The notes under the pieces: model-generated | The model's input: only the letters and a program-made list of their open reading frames with translations | What the model was told of the DNA's origin: nothing | Databases searched by the model: none | Program-made: the position numbers and the translations under genes | Assembly: GCA_964482725.1 (NCBI GenBank) | Contig: CAYZYT010000007.1 | Coordinates: forward strand, 19,875 to 83,874 | DNA length: 64,000 nucleotides | Direction of reading: 5' to 3' | From: an uncultured bacterium | GTDB lineage: Bacteria; Omnitrophota; Omnitrophia; Omnitrophales; Aquincolibacteriaceae | In this document: positions 52,301-64,000 of the stretch, piece by piece | How positions within the stretch are numbered: position 1 is the stretch's first letter | Layout of the letters: every line of letters begins with the position of its first letter

Positions 52301-55300
52301 AACGACTTCCCGTGAGATGGGCTGGTTCGCAGATGAATTCCTGCGGATCAAGGGTTCGGATCTTTTTGATACGGATGGATACCGGGACTTCCTCGCAAAA
52401 GGGGATGAAAAGGGAAAGCCTTACGACGAAACCGGAATGCCGCGCCTTCAATTCTATATGAAGGAATACTACGGCAAACGGCATATCGACATGAGCGAAG
52501 GATCTCTCATCGCGACCGTGACGGCCAAACCCGAAGGAAAGGGCGGTGCTGTGGGGCGTACGCCGGCGACCGGCCTTGGTCTTTATTATGTGACGCGGGA
52601 TGCGCTGAAGATCTACGGGGATCGCCTCGGGATCGGTGCGAGTGTCGCGCAGCAAAGAATCGCCGTCGAAGCGTACGGGAATGTCGGAAGTTACGCCGCG
52701 CGGAGCTTTTTTGATAACGGCGCCAAGGTCATGGCGATCAAAGAATTTATCGGGAGGCCGGTTGCAGTTGTCGCCACAACGGATCGCGGTATGGATCTGA
52801 ACAAACTCGACAAGCATCTGGCCGAAAAGAACGCGGACGGCACATCGAAGAAGAACACGGTCCTGACTTATGTGGAAGCGCATCCTGAGGACGCGCGCCT
52901 GGCTACGATCGAGGGGTTCTGGTCAAGCGACGTTACGGTCCTCGCCCTTTGCGCCAAAGAGAAAACGGTCAATAAAGAGATCGCCGCGCTTATCAAGGCA
53001 AAGATCATTTCGGAAGGGGCCAACGGGCCGCTTGAGAACGACGGATCCGAACAGATCCTTCTGGATAAAGGCGCGATCATTCTTCCGGACGTTGCCACCA
53101 ACGACGGCGGCGTGGCATTCTCCTCCCTCGAGTGGCGGGCGAATAATATCGGCGAATCATGGCCGGAGGTCGCGGGGAACGGTCTGATGGAAGACAAAGT
53201 CGTAAGTGCCTTCTATGATATTTCCAGGGTCTCCGAATCCCAGAAGATCACGCTCCGTGAAGCGGCCTACCAGATCGCGATCAGCAAGATCGTGGACGCG
53301 ATGCTCGCGGCGGATCCCGAACTGGGGAATCTTTTTGATGAAACACATCCCGCTTATGTGATGGATGCCGGGGCGAAGCGCTGGCGGCCGGAGACCTGGC
53401 AGGAGCTTCGTCAGATCGATTCGCGGAAGGCGAAGGCCGCTCTGATCGATCGGGCCGACGAGGTCATGAATAAAAAGATCGATGAGATCGTTTCGGAAGC
53501 GCTCCGTGACCTTCCCTCAAAACGGGGCAGTGTGATCCTGATCGGCGGCCCGAGGGCTGCCGGGAAACCCATGCTGGGTGCGAACATGTTGGCGAAACTT
53601 CGTGCCCGGGGGCTCAAGGCCAGCATTCTTGATATGGATAATCAAAGGATGGATGATCTGACCAACGTTCTCCGGGGAAAGAAAGTTCCTGTTCTTCTCG
53701 AGGACGGGTCGCGGGACGGGGATCTCCAACTCGGCACAGATGAAATATTGATCGTGAATGGCTATTACGCTTTGGGCGACGAGATCCTCCGGAGGATCCA
53801 TGCCATCCAAGGAAAAGCATTCCCCCTCATTGCTTACAGCTCCCCGGACATTCTTCTTTCTAATAACTGGGCGCTGACGGCTTACGATGTCCGGCTGATG
53901 CGCGATACTCTGAGCGGCCTTGTGGTGGGGGAAGAAATGAGTGTCCAGGAAGTGATCCGCCGGTGGCAGCTCCAGCGCGTTTCGGAAACGGAAGCTGTCT
54001 TTGCGACCTGGAAGAACGCCAAGCGTGCGATCAACACCTATTTACCTTACGAATTACCTTTCCTGAAATCCCTGGTGGGGCCGCTCATCAAGATCGCGAT
54101 CGCCCAGGAATCCCGGGAACCCGGGGATGACGGGTATACGCTGAATGTCCTGCGTCATCTCGACAGCCTCTTGCGCAATGTCGAAGGCTGGGACGTTTCC
54201 CTGTTGGAAGGTCATCATGATTCCGTATTGTGGGAATACGTCCAGCGCTATGTACCGAATGGCACGACCGGGGTTCGTTCCGAATTGCGCGGCGGGGCCG
54301 ACCTGACCCGCGAAGCGAAGCTCGAGCAGTATTCCTGGAAGTTCCTCGGCCATGTTTGGGGCGTGACATTGTCGGGATTGGCTTTCGCGGCCGGAATATT
54401 TTACGCGGCCGAAGCTTTGGGATACCTCTCGGTGGCGGGACAAATTTTCTCCGAATTGTGGGCCGCTGGATGGGTTTTGGGTTATTCCATGATCATGGCC
54501 CTCGTCGGTGGGTTCGGCGTTTCTTATTTTATCCGGTTGTATCAAGAAACAAAATCCGGGGCGCTCGCGGAACTGGCACAGGAAAGACTTGCGGCGGATC
54601 TGGAAAGTGTGAAGGACCGGATTACGAAGGAACTTTCCCGCTATCCTTCGATCCCGCAGCGTTTCACAGCAGGATTTCAGGCTGTCCGTAATGACTTATC
54701 TCAAGCGGATCAGGTCATCAGCTATCTCGAAGCCTTGGTGGGGGATCTTACGACCTACGGAGAAAAACATCCTTCGGACGCAAAGGACGCCTGGGCCACC
54801 TGTGATGTCCTCGACAGGATCGCCGAAGAACTTTCTTTTTATCCGGATTCTTCGCGCTCGGAAATCCGGTCGAAGGAAGACTTTGCAGCCTTCGTAGATA
54901 AGTTTTTGAAACGTTCGGAAATCGTCAAAGAACTTGATGGTGTGGAACTTACGCTTCGTGCCATCAAAGAAATGGCGCAGGAAGCCATTCCGGACGACAA
55001 GATGACTCGTGTTGTGAGCGATGTGATGCTCCGGGCGGCAAAACAGGATGGATTGAAGCAGCCGCTTATTCATAAGGGTTTGAAAAATGCCTATCCCAGG
55101 AACTCCCAGCGCGGAAAACGGGTCATGGCAGAGACCCTTGCCGAAGCCTTTTCGGTCGCTCTTTCAGGCAATGATCCGTACGATGTCCGGGAAGCTCTGA
55201 CGGTTTTCCGGCGGGCGCTCACGGCCTATTCGAAGGAAACGGGCAGTTTTTCAAGTGGACAACAAGAAGCGGCAAAGACCTTGGCTGCGCAGCTGGGGAT

Positions 55301-58300
55301 CAAGTGGGACCGGATCCGAAGCCATGGGCTTTTGGCTTTTGATATGCAGAAAACACTTGTCGAGCGCAAAGAGATCCTGACCGATGGGTTGAGGGATGGT
55401 CTTATATGGTTGCTCTCGGAAGGGGTTCCTGTCGTAGTCATTTCGGCCAATTCGCGCGAAGAGATCTGGCAACAACTTATGGAGCCGATTCTCAAAGAAC
55501 TCCGCGCCCGGAATAAACTCTCTGTCATCGAAAATATGCTTGTCTATGCCAATAGCGGGACGTCGAAGTACTGGGTCGACAGTATGGGCGAGCGGCACTT
55601 GGATGTTGGGTTCAGTAAACAGTTCATGATCGGGCAAGAGGTCGAGCGGGCGATTCAGGAGGGGCTTAAAGATCTAGCCGTGAGGGGATTTTTTATCCCC
55701 CCAGCGGAGTGGCCTGCTTTCCGGGATCTTTATGAGAGGGATAAAGTTAAAGATGGCCTGGAAACGGAATTTCAGTTCCCCTGGATGGGAAAAAATATTT
55801 CACGAAGTGCTTATGAACCTTCCATCGTCCAGCGTTTAAAAAATGAAAAGATCGTCCAGGCCCCTTATATCATCCGCCGTGGACTTTTGGAAGGGGACGG
55901 GGATCAGCGCGGGACCGCGCTTGCGATCCGGCAGTTCTTGCCCGGCCAGCGGGAAAAAGCATGGCATTCCTTGGAGGAATTGTTACCGGCACGTTTGGGC
56001 GCTTTGGCGTCACAGTTCGCACTGCGCGGGGGAGGGGTATCGACGATCGATCTCTCCAATAAAAACGCGAATAAGGCCATGGCTTTTCGCGATGCCGTTG
56101 GATTTTTTCAGAAAAAGGGTCGCCGGGTGGACTTCCATGATGTTGTCTACCACGGGGATGAGGTTTGGAGGGGTTCCGAGGGAACCGCGGCGAAGAACCG
56201 CGGGAACGACATGATCATGCTCGAAAATGATTTTGACGGAGATCCGGGATACAAAAAATTTCAAGTGGTAGCTTTTAATCCGAATCCTCCCGAGGGGCTT
56301 TCTGCCGAGTACCAGACCCGCACCTCCTACATCGGGGGGGAGCAGCGCGGTGTGGAACTTTATCTTGGGTTGCTGAAGCAATCGGTTGAAAACCTCCGCG
56401 AGAGGAGCGGCGAAGCGGTTCCCGTACGCTCCGAGGTAAGGGGATTTGTGGCGCTCGCGGAAAATGCGCTCAAGAAGCGTTGGATCAGTGAAGCGGCTCT
56501 TGCCAATATCCGTTCATGGTCCGGGCCGGAATATGCCCGTGTGCATGGCCAGTTGGATGAAGAATTAAAAGCGGCGGGACAGGATCCGAAGGCTTGGTCG
56601 AAGATAAACGACGCGTGGTACACGAAGGTTGCGGTTGGTACGGCCGGAATGCGCGGAACCCTGGGGCTTGGGACGAACCGGATCAGTGAATACACCCTCG
56701 GTTCGCTTATGATGGCCCATGCGCTTTCCGTGAACGATCCCGCTTATACGCAGATCATTGAAGAAAATTATCCGGAGTTTCGTGCGAAGGATCTCCATCG
56801 CGCGGTCGTGATCGGCGGGGATTCTCGCTATGGTTCCTATGATGCTCAAACGAAAAAACCGGGCCGCCACATCAAACTCGAAGCGCTTATCAATGTGGCG
56901 TTGGGTATCAAAGCCTATGTGTTCAAGAGTCCCGCCTCTACGCCCCAGTTGGCATGGGCCGTTCATGAACTCGACGTTGAGCCCACGGACCTGCTTGTTT
57001 CGGGCTCCATGAATACTGCCAGCCATAATCCGCTTACCGATAACGGGAATAAACCCTACAAGATCGACGGGTCGCAGTCTACCGGGGTATTTTCGGAGCT
57101 TATGGCGAAAAACCTTTCGAATGCCGGCGTTACCGCTCTGAATGCCCTCACCTATGATGGCTTGAGCGTTCTGGAGAATGTGGACGAGGCTTTTGCGCGC
57201 GCCGTGGCCAAGGGCGATATCCGCTGGGTCGGCGGGACGGACGATGATTCCTATGCGAAGGATGCGTACCATGCGGATGAGCTCTTCGTTCAGCGCGAGC
57301 TTCAGGAAGCTATCCATACGATCAACGGGATTTTTGATAACGCAAAGATCGATCTTGGAAATTCCAGGATCGTGATTTCGCCGCTTTTTGGCGTGTCACG
57401 GCACATCCTGAAAAAGATCATTAAAGCTCGCGGCCTGAGCGAAGACCAGATTGTTTGGGTCGAGGATGAACCCAATCCCGATTTCCCAGGAGTGAAAGGC
57501 GGCAAGCCGAATCCCGAGGAACCGAAGGCGCGCCTGGCCGCTCTCCGCAAAGCCGTAGAAGTGAATGCCGACCTTGTGCTTTGGACCGATCCGGACGCCG
57601 ATCGTCCCGCGGTCGCTGCCAAGAAAGATCTGACAAAGAAAGCTGTTTCGACTGACGATTACGTTTCATTTAACGGCAACCAGCAGCTGGCGATCCTGAT
57701 CGATTATCTTGTCCGCGAGCTGAAGTCGCTTGCGGCGGGGCACTCCCTGGCCGATGACGAAACGCGGACTCATCTGGCGCGCCAGGCCGCCGTGATCATG
57801 TCCAATATAGGGAAAACGTTCGCAGCATTCAGTCTTGTTTCGGCCGACCTTCCGAAGATGATCGCGCGAAATGCCGGGATGGAAGTCGTGGGAACACTGG
57901 TCGGCTTCAAATATATCGGCGACCAGATCGAGCTTCGTTCCAAAATGATCCAGAAGCTTGCCGGGATCACCGAGACCGAGTGGCAGGGTCTGAGCAATTC
58001 ACGGAAGCTCGAATTGGGACTTCAGTATTCCCAGGCCTTTATCTTCGGCGGTGAGGAGTCGCTTGGCGCTCTTTCAAGCGACGGGCCGCATGACAAGGAT
58101 GCGCTCGCGGGAGTGATGTGGTTTGTTGAGATCATGGGCCGTCTCCGGAAGGACGGACTTACGTTGAATGATCGCCTGACGGAAATTTATAAGACGTACA
58201 GCTATTTCTCCGAGCGCTTTCCGATGCTCGAAAAAGGCAAGACTTATGCCGGGGTTGATCTTAGCGAAGACGAGGCCACTCAGGTCATTAAGGCCGAGAA

Positions 58301-61300
58301 GGGCCCGAGTATCATGAATTTCTTTCGTGCGACGCCGCCCCGTGCCATCGCGGGCAAGAAAGTCATTGCGATCCTCGATATGCTGGCTCAGACCGCAAAG
58401 GATGTAGACGGGAATCTTCTCTTTGATGCGGATCATCCAGGCGGTTTAGTGACGCCTCAAACAGCCGGGATACCGGAATCATTTCGGAGTGCATTGTCCC
58501 AGATCCAAGTACCGGCGACGATTCATCCGGCAAACAAACATCTTTTGCGGGGGATCTATTCTTTCCGGCACAAGCCGGTTCCGGGTTCGTCGGGTGCAGG
58601 GGAAGCGCTTCCCAGGGAAGCTTTCATCCGCCTACTGCTTGAGGACGGCTCGATCGTGACGCCGCGGCCTTCCGGGACGGAGCCGAAGCTGAAATTTTAT
58701 ATTCTGGGGCGCGGTCTTTATGAAAATAAAGCTGCGGTGGATGCCTGGGTCGAAGCCGCGTCAAAAGAGCTCGATGCGATCGGCGACGGGGTCGCCAAGC
58801 AGCGTTTTCCTGAAAGATTTACGGCGCGGGCAGAAACGAGCTCAACCCTGAGCCTGAAACGCTCAGGACTTCGCGGGAAATTCGACGCACTCATGGAGAT
58901 GAATATTTCGTCGCTTGACGATACGCGGGATCCCACCATGAAGCAACTTTGGAATGCCGTGCGGAAAGCCATGAATCGGGATGAAAGTGTCCGGCGGAAT
59001 ATTGCGGATGCGAACACGGCTAACGATAGCGTCAGTGCCGCCAAGGCAACGGAGCAGATCTCTCGGGCCATGGACATGGCCTTGGACGCGCAGAAGGCGG
59101 CAGCGGTTCAGGAAGGAAAACGCGTTTTCGGGGATAGGAGCACTGTTGCGAGTATGGCCGCAGTGGTAGCGATCGCACCTTTTGTGATGTCGCCGGTTCT
59201 TGCCGTGATGGTCGAGATCTTGGGAATTTACTCTTTGGTGGACTTGCTCTCGACCGGTTCCCTCAGGTGGAAGCGGAAAGGGTTAAGCTTGAACGATGTC
59301 GAATACTATAAACCTTTGATCCGGCTCGCGTTCGAACGGACGGAGAGCCAGATCATCGCTGAAGCTACGGAGAAGGCTGCGCGTAGCGAGATTCGGGACG
59401 GCGCTGCGGAACCGGCGAAAACCACCGTTTCTTCTGAACCGGCCGTCCAACCTGCTGAAAAAGTGGTAGCGCCGGTGGTCGAAAAAACTCCGGAAGAGAA
59501 GAAGCCCGCGGTTGTTGCGGCGCCTGTTGCGGCGAGCGAACAAAATGCTGTTTCAGGCAATTTACCCTACCTCGTAGCCGCAATCACCGGATTGACTATC
59601 CTTGGGGCGCTTGCCGCCGTCGCCTTGTATGCACTTGAAGGCGAATCGACCCATGACAAGTTCGTGAAGATTTCTGTGGCGGTAGTTTGTGCGTTGGTCG
59701 GTGCAGGTGGGATTTTTGCGGTGCTATTCGGGGTTGCTTCCTTGGATTTTATGAGGAGCTCTCGTGGAAATTCTTCTAGGAGTCCGCTCGAGCTTGCAGA
59801 GAGTGAATCCCTACGATTGATCAAGAAAGTGGAATCCAAGATCCGGCCTGAACAAAATCGGCTTGAGGCTATCACAAAGCATGCGATGACAGAAGCGGCC
59901 GCCGCAGGAGATAAAAAGAAGCAGCCGGTCGTGGAATCGAGCGAAACGCTGCAGTTGCGTGCCAAGGTTGAGGCCCAGGAAGAAGTAGCAAGACAGATGA
60001 GGTCAATCGCAGAGGAATACAAACAGTTTGAAATTTTGAGCTCGCGGGCCGTCAAAAAGCAGCAGCCTCAGATCGATGCTGTGACTCAGAAGATCCGGGC
60101 GCTCTATGAGCCGTGGGCTGCCGAAGAGGCCAAGAAGGTGAGTGCCGCTGCTGCCAAGCGATCCGAAATCCGTCAAACCTCTTCATCGGATCCGGAAGCG
60201 ATCCAGGCCTTGGTTGAAAGGATCGGGGATCTTGAAAGCCGTTATGAAAAACTGAAAAGCCAGAGCGGGCATGCGGCCCAGCGCGAAGTCCGTCGAGTTA
60301 AAAGAGAGCTGGATCAGGCGAGGGCAAGTCTTGAACGGACGGAATCATCCGTTGGTCGCTCCGAGGTTCGCCAGGATGATGAAAAAGAGCTTCGGGAACT
60401 GCGTTCCCGATGGGATGAGCTTATGCAGAGCAAGGTGCATACCTGGAGAGTTGCGGCAGAGCTTAGTCAGGTCCAGGCAAAGATCTCCGCGATCCTGGAT
60501 TCTCAAAAGGCCAAAGTCAAGCAGGTCATCGATCTTGAGATCGTTCCGGAGTTGATGAAAAGAATCTCGGACATGGAAATGGCGGTTCGAAAACAAAGGC
60601 TGGATGAATCGACGACGCTTGAAGTGATAAGTCTCTTGGGGACACGGGTCGAAAGGGTCTATGCGGCGATAGCTCCCGTGGCCGTTTCCCGTGGTTTGGA
60701 TCCCTTGGGCATGTTGCGGTTCTTTTATGGGATGGCCCCGACCCACGAAGATCCGAATAAGAAATTCATGGATATTTACAAGGCGTTTTTTATGGGAGAT
60801 CGAGAAAAGATCAATGCTCTGAGCTTTCAAATCGTCGGCTTACCCATCAGGGATATGGATACAGCCCGTGAGATTTTTGGAGAGAAATTCTCGCCGTGGA
60901 TCGCTGCCTTGCTCGAGTTGCCCAAGGACATTTTTGAGCGCAAGTTCGTTCAACAGACGAGTGAAGGATCTAAGGAGCTCGACGGCCGGATCGTCGCCCT
61001 GGCAAATTTTCTGCAGCACATGACCGCCTTTTATCAGGGGAGCCACCGGGAGGCGCTTCTTGCGGAAGCTGGGATGCTTTTGACCGCATGGGACGGCTGG
61101 GCCAATCCCTCCAGGGTCATTCCCGTGGCGCCTCAGACACTTCAGGTTGGGGGGCTTCAGGTCATCCAACATTCCTATTACAGATCGCCGGGCGTTACCA
61201 TAGACAACAAGCCGGTCTCTCAGGCAAATAAGCGGGCGGAGATTCGCGCAGAAGTGCTCGCCGCAACCACTTCTCTTCCGTTGAGCCGTGAAGTTGTGGT

Positions 61301-63173
61301 GGGCGTCGACATGGAAGAAAGGTCGTATGCGGTTCTTCCGGTGAAGTTCGATCTTCCCTCCGATCAGGTGATGGCGAATCTGTCTCAGACATTGCCTCTT
61401 GAGGCAAGGCCGCTTGCCTTTACCAAGAACCCGCAAGTGCTCTTTAAATCTTCCGGGATGCGGGGGGTGTGGAGTTCGGTGGCGGGTCTTCTTTTTGAAA
61501 ATACTCGAGCTGATCAGAAAACAAAACTGCTGGTTCTTTTTCCCGAGGAGACTGAAGAAAAGATTCGCGTATCCCTGCCGCCGGAATTCTTGAGGGGTGT
61601 AACCCTCGTGGCGCATTCGGCTTTCGCTAAACTGGCCGGGATCGAAGACCGCGGGGCAAGAGGAAAGTTCGCGCGGATCACGATCGCGCTGCGGTCCGAA
61701 AACAGGGCGCTGCCTGCGCCCGAGATCAAATGGTCCGCTGATGAGCTTGAGGGATTCTCACCCAACGTCACTGAACAGCACAAGGCTGCTGAAGCGATCA
61801 AATATTGGACGCCAAAGTTTTACATCTCCGGTGCCCCCGATGTGGAAACAGCCCGGATGGCCCTGGAAAGATTGGACAACGCTCGCTACGAGCGCCAGCT
61901 CTTGCTTGCCGCACATCTTTTGAAGGCCATGGCTTTGGAGAAGATCGGGCCCAGTATCAATCAACTTAATGACGGAGATCTGTCCAAAGTGATGATCGTT
62001 CTCGAGGACGCTCTGAAAGAGGGGACCCGTCGGCAGCTTCTTCAGAGAAAGGGCGAGGGATGGGGTTCCTATGATCAATTGGAACTATTGGCCAAGAGTC
62101 CGGCTTATCTTAAATCGGTTTTAAGAAAACTCAGTGAAGTCTACGCCCGTGATACGCAAGGGAAGGGCTTTGCGTCGAGAGCTGAAGCCCGCTTTGTTCC
62201 GGAGGCTGTTTTAAAATCGCAAACCATGGTGTCGGTGCCGGTCACCGTGACGGATGCTGACCGCGGCATGGCGACTTTCAATGAAGTGCGACAGATCTAC
62301 ACGGACGTGACATACGATGAGACGGCGGTTGAAAAGGTCACGCGCTGGTTCCGGGCCGGGATATTGCCTCTCAGAGTGGCTTTATCGGTTTCCTACACCA
62401 AAGCGCTTGCGCTTCTGGAACGCCTTGGCATTCGGCGGGAAGAAGTCTTGAAACTCGCGGATCGTCTGACGCCGGAAGATATGAATCTGCTTGAAACGAT
62501 CAGTGCTCGGAGTTTGGCGACCTTCCAGGATCAGATCGGAAAGACCCTTGCCGGTGGGGCCGTGTTTATGGACGCTGAAGGACTTATCAGTTTTGCCCGA
62601 AATGACAGTGTCGGTTTTTATAATATGCTGAATGAACTTGCCACTGAGAAAAAATCGGATGCTTCGGCTCAAAAACCTCTTTTGACCGCAGGCGATGCCG
62701 GGACGGCCGGGCGAATCGTTCAGTGGCTGCTCAATAAGAATTCAGGCCTTACGCTGGAGAAAGCGCAGATCCTAAATCTGTTGGATCAGGTCCTTGAGAT
62801 TGCGCCTGTAAAAGAGAATCAAACTGTCACGATTAACGAACTCGCTGCCGCAAGGTTGGGCGGCATGGTTTCGGTTCTTTCTTCGCAGGATATGCTCGCG
62901 GGTCTTAACGGGGGCGCTAATTTTGCTTTTAAAGATCGTTTGGCCAAGGAAAACGTGAAACTTGTGTTGCGGTCGCTTCTCGGGAGGATGAGGGCGCTGG
63001 CGGCTCAACTCGAGGGTGCTTCCGCGATCGACCGAGTGAAGCTCCTTGAGGAGTTCAACACGCGTCGTGTGGGCGGTCTCAAGAACGCCCAGGGAGGATT
63101 TGTTTTTGATAATATCCTCTTGCTTGCCCAAAGTTTTCTTGCCCAGGAGAAAGCTATCGCGAAGTCCGCGTAA
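40398..63173 (+). CDS. giant 7,591-aa multi-module protein: signal peptide, internal TM segments, HEAT repeats, and intact PGI, GDH, P-loop kinase-like, HAD-IIB-like and phosphoglucomutase modules separated by recurrent RSE[VILAT]R motifs
   Basis: Single uninterrupted frame of 22,776 nt with uniform codon usage; canonical catalytic motifs of three enzyme families in the same frame (see module features); N-terminal signal peptide [16 protein letters not shown]. Confidence 0.8.
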   Translation: MNSSKPIKSFIAAFTAFTFFFTGLGISPNAFASGGASLAPEVSLPYQVKLDQNLRVTIPQELGKLENFKMGQGPAIFHIQDAHGHYEGQQKIRQLLGFLSKTYGVNTVLVEGSAFRLNSEKINFFPKDVKKTLAVNEEFTRRAWVSGAELFLLDRLQTRDQRQETKNKNLKPALGLQSPVSSLWSGGEAAEALGIENAEAYRSNGRSFVNVLTEKQKTEQFLADMNMQIERLASHSLNKELRDFLRRVEGFEKNQVPLDTWLANLKTEAAKSLEIDLASPAHQLDWPMLVRIYKIQELSSKLDRKSFPNERDAFLKAIRRFLPSRTTDPRPETRDQNQDKVSSLQSPVSSQIEALLRNDSMSQQLPDPETGLLFEDMVKRLPENFNYEAFPNVRNFIGTLLLRSELKADRLMREVQKLSETLTAKLIRNKEEQKLVALLADHRLLQKLFALELTPADYEIIRGERQTGNGERENIEPSEIIRRFSEFVPRSTFPVSRVKSVQFSHVAELDHLFDAAMKFYSGVKARDGMMETRIEERLKETGATKVAVITGGFHSQPMQDHFINKGYSYALITPKLSGADETGRDGYLQAALASILPAQNTYKNPFIFTTANPAGDGASLAGVKTAVTDVLQKLVAGGALSSADARGVTRKLAGKADQTTDQRPHTAANALSLQSPVSSLKSDVGRSEARMDLRGDAEEMLKSLKVKPGTDGASVTFTFEGEFPDKPSPMSVTSAAELFDLFQKLQEFGILPSDPDVLMLIGPGEVVEAEEGHTITIKPDQCMVVFKGGTEATVIQWQDAYGIKQVLQKIILWLGASSGPKVTVKLRSAAAAPAIPVAAPTVGANKLQLKKEVPSLKNLSPFKNLFGGLKSLGEAQIISEAPVAIRDAARILGTLSQKFSFTALGFVEASGNLADPSKVAWLPTLGNPSAGELMQNLSVTASGGNADALCDVVIAPYNGERFGSQSGNMLFLLPQRSEVRLENAGPVKDLEAIKKEIRSALEANDAAHTFKLFGITLLAGTHVADFDARVAQMDSSHLAAWLDAILPVLEKVASKVVVHVGYDDHGSGNADVKLWIALMSLKTQLNKARAAEAPLAQGTKTAPAATAVRSEARAKKVGVVVSVRIAVDLTKYDRRTLVRDVALREIEEKVGARAADDYLWRVRFYFNNDGSNDVRELRTFVSLNALKEWLRPSRRTRSNLTTLDIEGLPSIYAPAVRSEGRGPQEWMQEVDALTEQFSQKFQESQASGSAELASLEDRLEDIEKIQGRMRVLSLVIPREVVAIERRMKGEPSKEDFSAGLAAQRPSLRDMTREMEALYEKAIALNSVETDSVNRFPIAPVSVAGHFVFLGGPLGSLYTALNNARAEVRTQETHYRNTTAEGKMLEIVQKAAGSEILLDGANVGDWKRNPGLNDGNDRIVFGDLQVEDHNVTVLFDPSAMAEGKQPWLVSVDGDDHAEMTAPVVNAVQAFIKQSIVSVETSQVAAPAIEKEQPVAPAVVTPAVEKIAAAVSAVPVAPRVSGRISLPKEVRPVGSPVASIKLGAALKQFEAESAAAANDPKAVETRRLAAEVAAKAKNAQMLIGKSGGAQKPAQIRRGGLIDRLPGLPEREQARNVWPAFENFYTRLLAEGQAEALLKLLKETEQYTKTRTRATFIAAGIAAVVISLSWLITGVGVVTMMASFVCGAGVLGTVWFFNNNVPDLLRLTGSGVVALVPLFQKAVDDVKAREAKLAGRGPQPAAKGTEKDEESGSFGKQLSDLAAQATDAKVWDKGVIIPKLAEVIAGVPELTGTQMPVQTTLGKTQPEKTPNGMISKGTQGRSEVRANTVPAASEEALRNELQQIERQLEQIQDRQVQGEDVGLAREDVLALQGQRAAILESLGLTTRSEVRLSPVQERKFQQALRDLQAKWWDGSFNDHGAGRKIAAAILLGELKDPRAVPALTEVLTDEYEKVRRAAASAIELINNNTEVLNNELRRIEQALGQIQDRQVLGEDIGWAREDVLALEGQRAVILEQLEQANRSETRRGQEVLPKIDPTKTIAWRELKELSSLMQREAISMRGMFEADPNRFDKYSVRLGDDFLLDYSKNRIDGHVMAALMNLAGQTRLQDAIELMFTGAKINETENRAVLHTALRAPADAVIEVDGMNVVPDVHQVLQRMKKFTDDVRSGEWKSYTGKRIKNIVNIGIGGSDLGPVMAYEALKSYSDRDLTVRFISNVDATDFAEKTRDLKPEETLFIIASKTFTTQETMTNAGTAKAWFLKSGAKEEDVAKHFVAVSTAKELVKKFGIDTANMFEFWDWVGGRYSVWSAVGLPLMCAIGYENFREFLDGAHEMDRHFRTAPFNQNIPVILALLGIWYNNFFGAQSQAILPYDQYLNRFAAYFQQGDMESNGKSAGRDGKPVTHQTGPILWGEPGTNGQHAFYQLIHQGTKLIPADFIGFANSLNPIGDHPEKLAANLFAQTQALAFGKTADEARADLVAENVKKKAKGEKELTAEEIESLIPFKVFEGNKPTNTILVNQLTPRTLGVLVAMYEHKIFVQGVIWNIYSFDQWGVELGKALASGILPQLAPSAEVKGQDSSTSGLIGVWKKMSGRSELRGIIALRHRLKSLVMVSAAAGMMGFSGCATHNVGTQAPRSYPPAPSYDYRPLYKKPILPKTQVPKFNFKQNANPPAFRPLRPVAPMPKMPAARYRSETRDLELERLLAARKEVQDVAREQLSNPKLIEALKKRAAREGKVFQVPSMSRRSELRGNVETRDPDLERLIAARKAVQDTAREQLSNPKLIEALKQRALRKGIVFSEPVFSAVLIIGLGLGAVSAALAQASVTNENAALTHRPNWAEFMATSDRSDVATTLVKFTRAGEEWARKRGKTVDYTPAFLETMKEKIRKGEIRDSQELYNLVIRWVEHNAVPSGKATRSTRTGAASSTEERSELLTAPEKGTAESAESGGEANTVRAEIRNVDEFTGKLLEETQLGAEMLASELNDAVLFENLDTAIQRAIEQVLGEMDQSPDHAADFYIRDRDNIISNLESRSENRLIAGVAEKGMSFEEVREVSRARRKKAAWQGGIQWWPKVSAFLGGNIASAGNLVAPLAEESVYQGSLDVRSEARLYKKAWAHVTAVTSSAKGLNPLYAVMTAAVIGVSGCANYQGGLLHSLRHNPPANIPDYRNHYSPPPYYRAPYVPKSHFKPPVIPIRPVPSGPNRSEVRKSVVGNSSNPVVSLWGLDTFDSQQGSVLTAINSEFVFPGDFQLQASLLADYSVIEELHQGSFKAGDKQYHLVVDVGESIATLRLSLDGEMRLTGWKWLKDIRSEVQDLARHPYGLLAEVNESLRRQNIPEVKQETTQIYGQQLIHGVESILEKFRGKPFTGITYQQVAGRSEVRTVGSSAEELDRAIDAAYVKKRQLESKVGEARRNYESSYWRETDARRRENLRDGDRDLEQLKDETDSLRVTRDSLQKELETVTIQIRRLLDEKHPVKRSEVRETTKQALIRVNAEMEGLDRLISELTRAPESADKDERLEALNASYDELEEKRQHLARLGVIKKAWAHVSAVTSAAKGLNPLYTVGLAIFEQWLWHPRSLTLAQAAHVEQAASMEARLDTLRALGANPGLGYQRFVYHLMRAELSPSEWRRFDRALMWEVDAEKKVASVRSELRGGKNIAGMLKQKGLDDNEIRLLAAAVLVSGGRGNLSQAGVILKNTNTLPEVTPEMLVAFQTLMSRPEDMRAVWLKLDDQLRFSHDIEALYFQDENLGAAHRLMHKAQVLIDVFRALRGEISSMGNRSEIRAEVDPETAAKIADRWKKIRYMETDPEGVKLKAEAEEKGEGFLNNAQATIRKVAAQIKLDPKILEKLLQFTKVIRVKIPLTLDEGGETQYIDGFRIGHAPYRGPYKGGIRFAIGVVENMIKALATEMSVKNAIAGLPYGGGKGGVAIDPKYLSIKELARLTRGYVEQCLKQDPNAFGALLDVPAGDIGTTSREMGWFADEFLRIKGSDLFDTDGYRDFLAKGDEKGKPYDETGMPRLQFYMKEYYGKRHIDMSEGSLIATVTAKPEGKGGAVGRTPATGLGLYYVTRDALKIYGDRLGIGASVAQQRIAVEAYGNVGSYAARSFFDNGAKVMAIKEFIGRPVAVVATTDRGMDLNKLDKHLAEKNADGTSKKNTVLTYVEAHPEDARLATIEGFWSSDVTVLALCAKEKTVNKEIAALIKAKIISEGANGPLENDGSEQILLDKGAIILPDVATNDGGVAFSSLEWRANNIGESWPEVAGNGLMEDKVVSAFYDISRVSESQKITLREAAYQIAISKIVDAMLAADPELGNLFDETHPAYVMDAGAKRWRPETWQELRQIDSRKAKAALIDRADEVMNKKIDEIVSEALRDLPSKRGSVILIGGPRAAGKPMLGANMLAKLRARGLKASILDMDNQRMDDLTNVLRGKKVPVLLEDGSRDGDLQLGTDEILIVNGYYALGDEILRRIHAIQGKAFPLIAYSSPDILLSNNWALTAYDVRLMRDTLSGLVVGEEMSVQEVIRRWQLQRVSETEAVFATWKNAKRAINTYLPYELPFLKSLVGPLIKIAIAQESREPGDDGYTLNVLRHLDSLLRNVEGWDVSLLEGHHDSVLWEYVQRYVPNGTTGVRSELRGGADLTREAKLEQYSWKFLGHVWGVTLSGLAFAAGIFYAAEALGYLSVAGQIFSELWAAGWVLGYSMIMALVGGFGVSYFIRLYQETKSGALAELAQERLAADLESVKDRITKELSRYPSIPQRFTAGFQAVRNDLSQADQVISYLEALVGDLTTYGEKHPSDAKDAWATCDVLDRIAEELSFYPDSSRSEIRSKEDFAAFVDKFLKRSEIVKELDGVELTLRAIKEMAQEAIPDDKMTRVVSDVMLRAAKQDGLKQPLIHKGLKNAYPRNSQRGKRVMAETLAEAFSVALSGNDPYDVREALTVFRRALTAYSKETGSFSSGQQEAAKTLAAQLGIKWDRIRSHGLLAFDMQKTLVERKEILTDGLRDGLIWLLSEGVPVVVISANSREEIWQQLMEPILKELRARNKLSVIENMLVYANSGTSKYWVDSMGERHLDVGFSKQFMIGQEVERAIQEGLKDLAVRGFFIPPAEWPAFRDLYERDKVKDGLETEFQFPWMGKNISRSAYEPSIVQRLKNEKIVQAPYIIRRGLLEGDGDQRGTALAIRQFLPGQREKAWHSLEELLPARLGALASQFALRGGGVSTIDLSNKNANKAMAFRDAVGFFQKKGRRVDFHDVVYHGDEVWRGSEGTAAKNRGNDMIMLENDFDGDPGYKKFQVVAFNPNPPEGLSAEYQTRTSYIGGEQRGVELYLGLLKQSVENLRERSGEAVPVRSEVRGFVALAENALKKRWISEAALANIRSWSGPEYARVHGQLDEELKAAGQDPKAWSKINDAWYTKVAVGTAGMRGTLGLGTNRISEYTLGSLMMAHALSVNDPAYTQIIEENYPEFRAKDLHRAVVIGGDSRYGSYDAQTKKPGRHIKLEALINVALGIKAYVFKSPASTPQLAWAVHELDVEPTDLLVSGSMNTASHNPLTDNGNKPYKIDGSQSTGVFSELMAKNLSNAGVTALNALTYDGLSVLENVDEAFARAVAKGDIRWVGGTDDDSYAKDAYHADELFVQRELQEAIHTINGIFDNAKIDLGNSRIVISPLFGVSRHILKKIIKARGLSEDQIVWVEDEPNPDFPGVKGGKPNPEEPKARLAALRKAVEVNADLVLWTDPDADRPAVAAKKDLTKKAVSTDDYVSFNGNQQLAILIDYLVRELKSLAAGHSLADDETRTHLARQAAVIMSNIGKTFAAFSLVSADLPKMIARNAGMEVVGTLVGFKYIGDQIELRSKMIQKLAGITETEWQGLSNSRKLELGLQYSQAFIFGGEESLGALSSDGPHDKDALAGVMWFVEIMGRLRKDGLTLNDRLTEIYKTYSYFSERFPMLEKGKTYAGVDLSEDEATQVIKAEKGPSIMNFFRATPPRAIAGKKVIAILDMLAQTAKDVDGNLLFDADHPGGLVTPQTAGIPESFRSALSQIQVPATIHPANKHLLRGIYSFRHKPVPGSSGAGEALPREAFIRLLLEDGSIVTPRPSGTEPKLKFYILGRGLYENKAAVDAWVEAASKELDAIGDGVAKQRFPERFTARAETSSTLSLKRSGLRGKFDALMEMNISSLDDTRDPTMKQLWNAVRKAMNRDESVRRNIADANTANDSVSAAKATEQISRAMDMALDAQKAAAVQEGKRVFGDRSTVASMAAVVAIAPFVMSPVLAVMVEILGIYSLVDLLSTGSLRWKRKGLSLNDVEYYKPLIRLAFERTESQIIAEATEKAARSEIRDGAAEPAKTTVSSEPAVQPAEKVVAPVVEKTPEEKKPAVVAAPVAASEQNAVSGNLPYLVAAITGLTILGALAAVALYALEGESTHDKFVKISVAVVCALVGAGGIFAVLFGVASLDFMRSSRGNSSRSPLELAESESLRLIKKVESKIRPEQNRLEAITKHAMTEAAAAGDKKKQPVVESSETLQLRAKVEAQEEVARQMRSIAEEYKQFEILSSRAVKKQQPQIDAVTQKIRALYEPWAAEEAKKVSAAAAKRSEIRQTSSSDPEAIQALVERIGDLESRYEKLKSQSGHAAQREVRRVKRELDQARASLERTESSVGRSEVRQDDEKELRELRSRWDELMQSKVHTWRVAAELSQVQAKISAILDSQKAKVKQVIDLEIVPELMKRISDMEMAVRKQRLDESTTLEVISLLGTRVERVYAAIAPVAVSRGLDPLGMLRFFYGMAPTHEDPNKKFMDIYKAFFMGDREKINALSFQIVGLPIRDMDTAREIFGEKFSPWIAALLELPKDIFERKFVQQTSEGSKELDGRIVALANFLQHMTAFYQGSHREALLAEAGMLLTAWDGWANPSRVIPVAPQTLQVGGLQVIQHSYYRSPGVTIDNKPVSQANKRAEIRAEVLAATTSLPLSREVVVGVDMEERSYAVLPVKFDLPSDQVMANLSQTLPLEARPLAFTKNPQVLFKSSGMRGVWSSVAGLLFENTRADQKTKLLVLFPEETEEKIRVSLPPEFLRGVTLVAHSAFAKLAGIEDRGARGKFARITIALRSENRALPAPEIKWSADELEGFSPNVTEQHKAAEAIKYWTPKFYISGAPDVETARMALERLDNARYERQLLLAAHLLKAMALEKIGPSINQLNDGDLSKVMIVLEDALKEGTRRQLLQRKGEGWGSYDQLELLAKSPAYLKSVLRKLSEVYARDTQGKGFASRAEARFVPEAVLKSQTMVSVPVTVTDADRGMATFNEVRQIYTDVTYDETAVEKVTRWFRAGILPLRVALSVSYTKALALLERLGIRREEVLKLADRLTPEDMNLLETISARSLATFQDQIGKTLAGGAVFMDAEGLISFARNDSVGFYNMLNELATEKKSDASAQKPLLTAGDAGTAGRIVQWLLNKNSGLTLEKAQILNLLDQVLEIAPVKENQTVTINELAAARLGGMVSVLSSQDMLAGLNGGANFAFKDRLAKENVKLVLRSLLGRMRALAAQLEGASAIDRVKLLEEFNTRRVGGLKNAQGGFVFDNILLLAQSFLAQEKAIAKSA
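45880..46465 (+). other. HEAT/PBS-lyase-like repeat region with a tandem internal duplication (giant ORF module)
   Basis: [32 protein letters not shown]; duplicated segment shares identical 21-mer cagatccaggaccggcaggtt at 45939 and 46341. Confidence 0.55.
46466..48166 (+). other. glucose-6-phosphate isomerase module (giant ORF)
   Basis: [56 protein letters not shown] - catalytic His/Lys/Glu context conserved; bounded by RSETR (46451) and RSELR (48167). Confidence 0.8.
51739..53330 (+). other. Glu/Leu/Phe/Val dehydrogenase (GDH-like) module (giant ORF)
   Basis: YKGGIRF (catalytic Lys), [14 protein letters not shown], Rossmann [10 protein letters not shown]; begins right after RSEIR (51724). 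Confidence 0.8.
53500..54000 (+). other. P-loop NTPase, uridine-kinase/PRK-like module with atypical Walker A (giant ORF)
   Basis: [27 protein letters not shown]...ILDMD; Walker A ends GKP rather than GK[ST]. Confidence 0.45.
55320..56240 (+). other. HAD-IIB (Cof/SPP/MPGP-like) phosphatase-fold module with non-canonical motif I (giant ORF)
   Basis: motif [11 protein letters not shown] (DxQxT instead of DxDxT), motif [13 protein letters not shown]; lies between RSEIR (54852) and RSEVR (56426). Confidence 0.5.
56600..58800 (+). other. alpha-D-phosphohexomutase (phosphoglucomutase/phosphomannomutase) module (giant ORF)
   Basis: GTAGMRG, catalytic Ser loop TASHNP, metal loop DPDADR, sugar loop GGEESLG, phosphate loop [10 protein letters not shown]; follows RSEVR (56426). 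Confidence 0.8.
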
Positions 63174-63331
63174 AGCCGTATACCGTGCAGCGTATGTCGA
63201 ATGTCTTCCTTTTGTGACATACGATCTTCGATATACGACATGCGGTCGCGCACTAAGTCCTTTCCATTCCACAGCTTCATTGCTAAAATACTTCCTCGAT
63301 TCGTAACCTATTGGGTAAAAGGAAGATAGCA

Positions 63332-64000
63332 ATGTTTCCATCCGTCAGAGAACAACTCGAGGTTTTTAAAGAGAATCTTGTCGAGCTTATTTCCGAGCGT
63401 GAGCTGACGGCGAAACTGGAAGTCTCCTTCAAGAATAAATGTCCTCTTCGCATCAAATACGGAGCCGACCCGTCGGCGCCAGATCTTCATCTCGGCCATA
63501 CCGTTCCTCTCCGCAAGCTGCGTAGCCTTCAGGACTTAGGGCATACCGTTGTTTTTATCATTGGCGATTTTACGGCACGCATTGGGGATCCTTCCGGGAA
63601 ATCCGAGACTCGGCCGATGCTTTCCGAAGAACAGGTCCAGGCGAATGCCAAGACCTATCAGGAGCAGGTGTTTCGCATTCTCGATAAAAAGAAGACCGAG
63701 GTCCGCTACAATTCCGAATGGCTGGGGACGATGAGTTCCGCAGATTTTCTAAAACTTACGGCCCAATACACGGTGGCGCGGATCCTCGAGCGTGACGATT
63801 TTTCAAAGCGCTACAAGGCGGGGGAGCCCATCGCGATCGTGGAACTCCTTTATCCGTTGATGCAGGGGCATGATTCGGTGGAGATCGAGTCGGATGTCGA
63901 GATCGGTGGCACCGACCAGAAGTTCAATCTGCTGGTGGGGCGCGAACTGCAAAGGATTGACGGACAGGAGCCGCAGATCGTGATGACATTGCCTCTGATT
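63332..64000 (+). CDS. tyrS: tyrosine--tRNA ligase (3'-truncated by window end)
   Basis: HIGH motif PDLHLGH, class I TyrRS N-terminal domain; ORF runs off the window. Confidence 0.85.
   Translation, partial: MFPSVREQLEVFKENLVELISERELTAKLEVSFKNKCPLRIKYGADPSAPDLHLGHTVPLRKLRSLQDLGHTVVFIIGDFTARIGDPSGKSETRPMLSEEQVQANAKTYQEQVFRILDKKKTEVRYNSEWLGTMSSADFLKLTAQYTVARILERDDFSKRYKAGEPIAIVELLYPLMQGHDSVEIESDVEIGGTDQKFNLLVGRELQRIDGQEPQIVMTLPLI

Noticed and set aside
40398-63173. Giant ORF as an assembly chimera or a run of separate genes missing stop codons by sequencing error
   Set aside because: The frame is maintained over 22.8 kb with uniform composition. The periodic RSExR motif and the internal duplications are features of a single designed reading frame. 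However, the Met + signal-peptide-like segments after some motifs mean fusion of once-separate genes cannot be excluded, which I have flagged as a finding rather than resolved.
1-64000. tRNA, rRNA or other classical ncRNA genes
   Set aside because: Scanning intergenic regions found no cloverleaf-compatible segments with the conserved T-loop GTTC / D-loop features, and no rRNA-like stretches. Intergenic space is occupied by the repeat families and terminators described above.

Overview
This 64-kb window comes from a GC-rich bacterial chromosome with an anaerobic-lifestyle gene complement, and almost every real gene is on the + strand. In order, the genes are:
- a 5'-partial FecR-domain protein;
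- a GH13 alpha-amylase-family gene and glycogen phosphorylase;
- an MFS transporter (- strand) bracketed by an inverted pair of ~113-bp palindromic elements;
- a 1,566-aa PocR/multi-PAS sensor kinase, a single-domain receiver and a GAF-ANTAR regulator;
- gdhA, behind a promoter and an intrinsic terminator located in its 5' leader;
- an Rrf2 regulator, an orphan PtsI-like Enzyme I and hydroxylamine reductase (hcp);
- a radical-SAM protein and nadA;
- ilvD, ferritin, a flavodiiron protein and a nitroreductase;
- cspA, typA and a lipoprotein cyclophilin;
- an HI0933-type flavoprotein and a secreted SH3/NlpC-P60 hydrolase;
- a complete suf operon (Rrf2 regulator, sufBCDSU, sufT);
- a 22.8-kb ORF of 7,591 aa;
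- the 5' part of tyrS.

The 7,591-aa ORF is the standout. It starts with a signal peptide and contains intact glucose-6-phosphate isomerase, Glu/Leu/Phe/Val-dehydrogenase and phosphoglucomutase modules. It also carries a P-loop kinase-like module, an HAD-IIB-like module, HEAT repeats, TM segments and internal lipoprotein-signal-like segments. A pentapeptide R-S-E-[V/I/L/A/T]-R recurs 23 times and brackets these modules.

Several small palindromic repeat families are present:
- a GAGAC/GTCTC heptad element, twice intergenic and three times in-frame inside the 22.8-kb gene;
- a 30-bp hairpin, once intergenic and once in-frame inside sufD;
- a ~350-bp structured intergenic repeat in two copies;
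- the ~113-bp palindromic element with terminal inverted repeats, plus short relatives.

No rRNA, tRNA or CRISPR was seen. All product names rest on motif-level reading of the translations, not on database searches.
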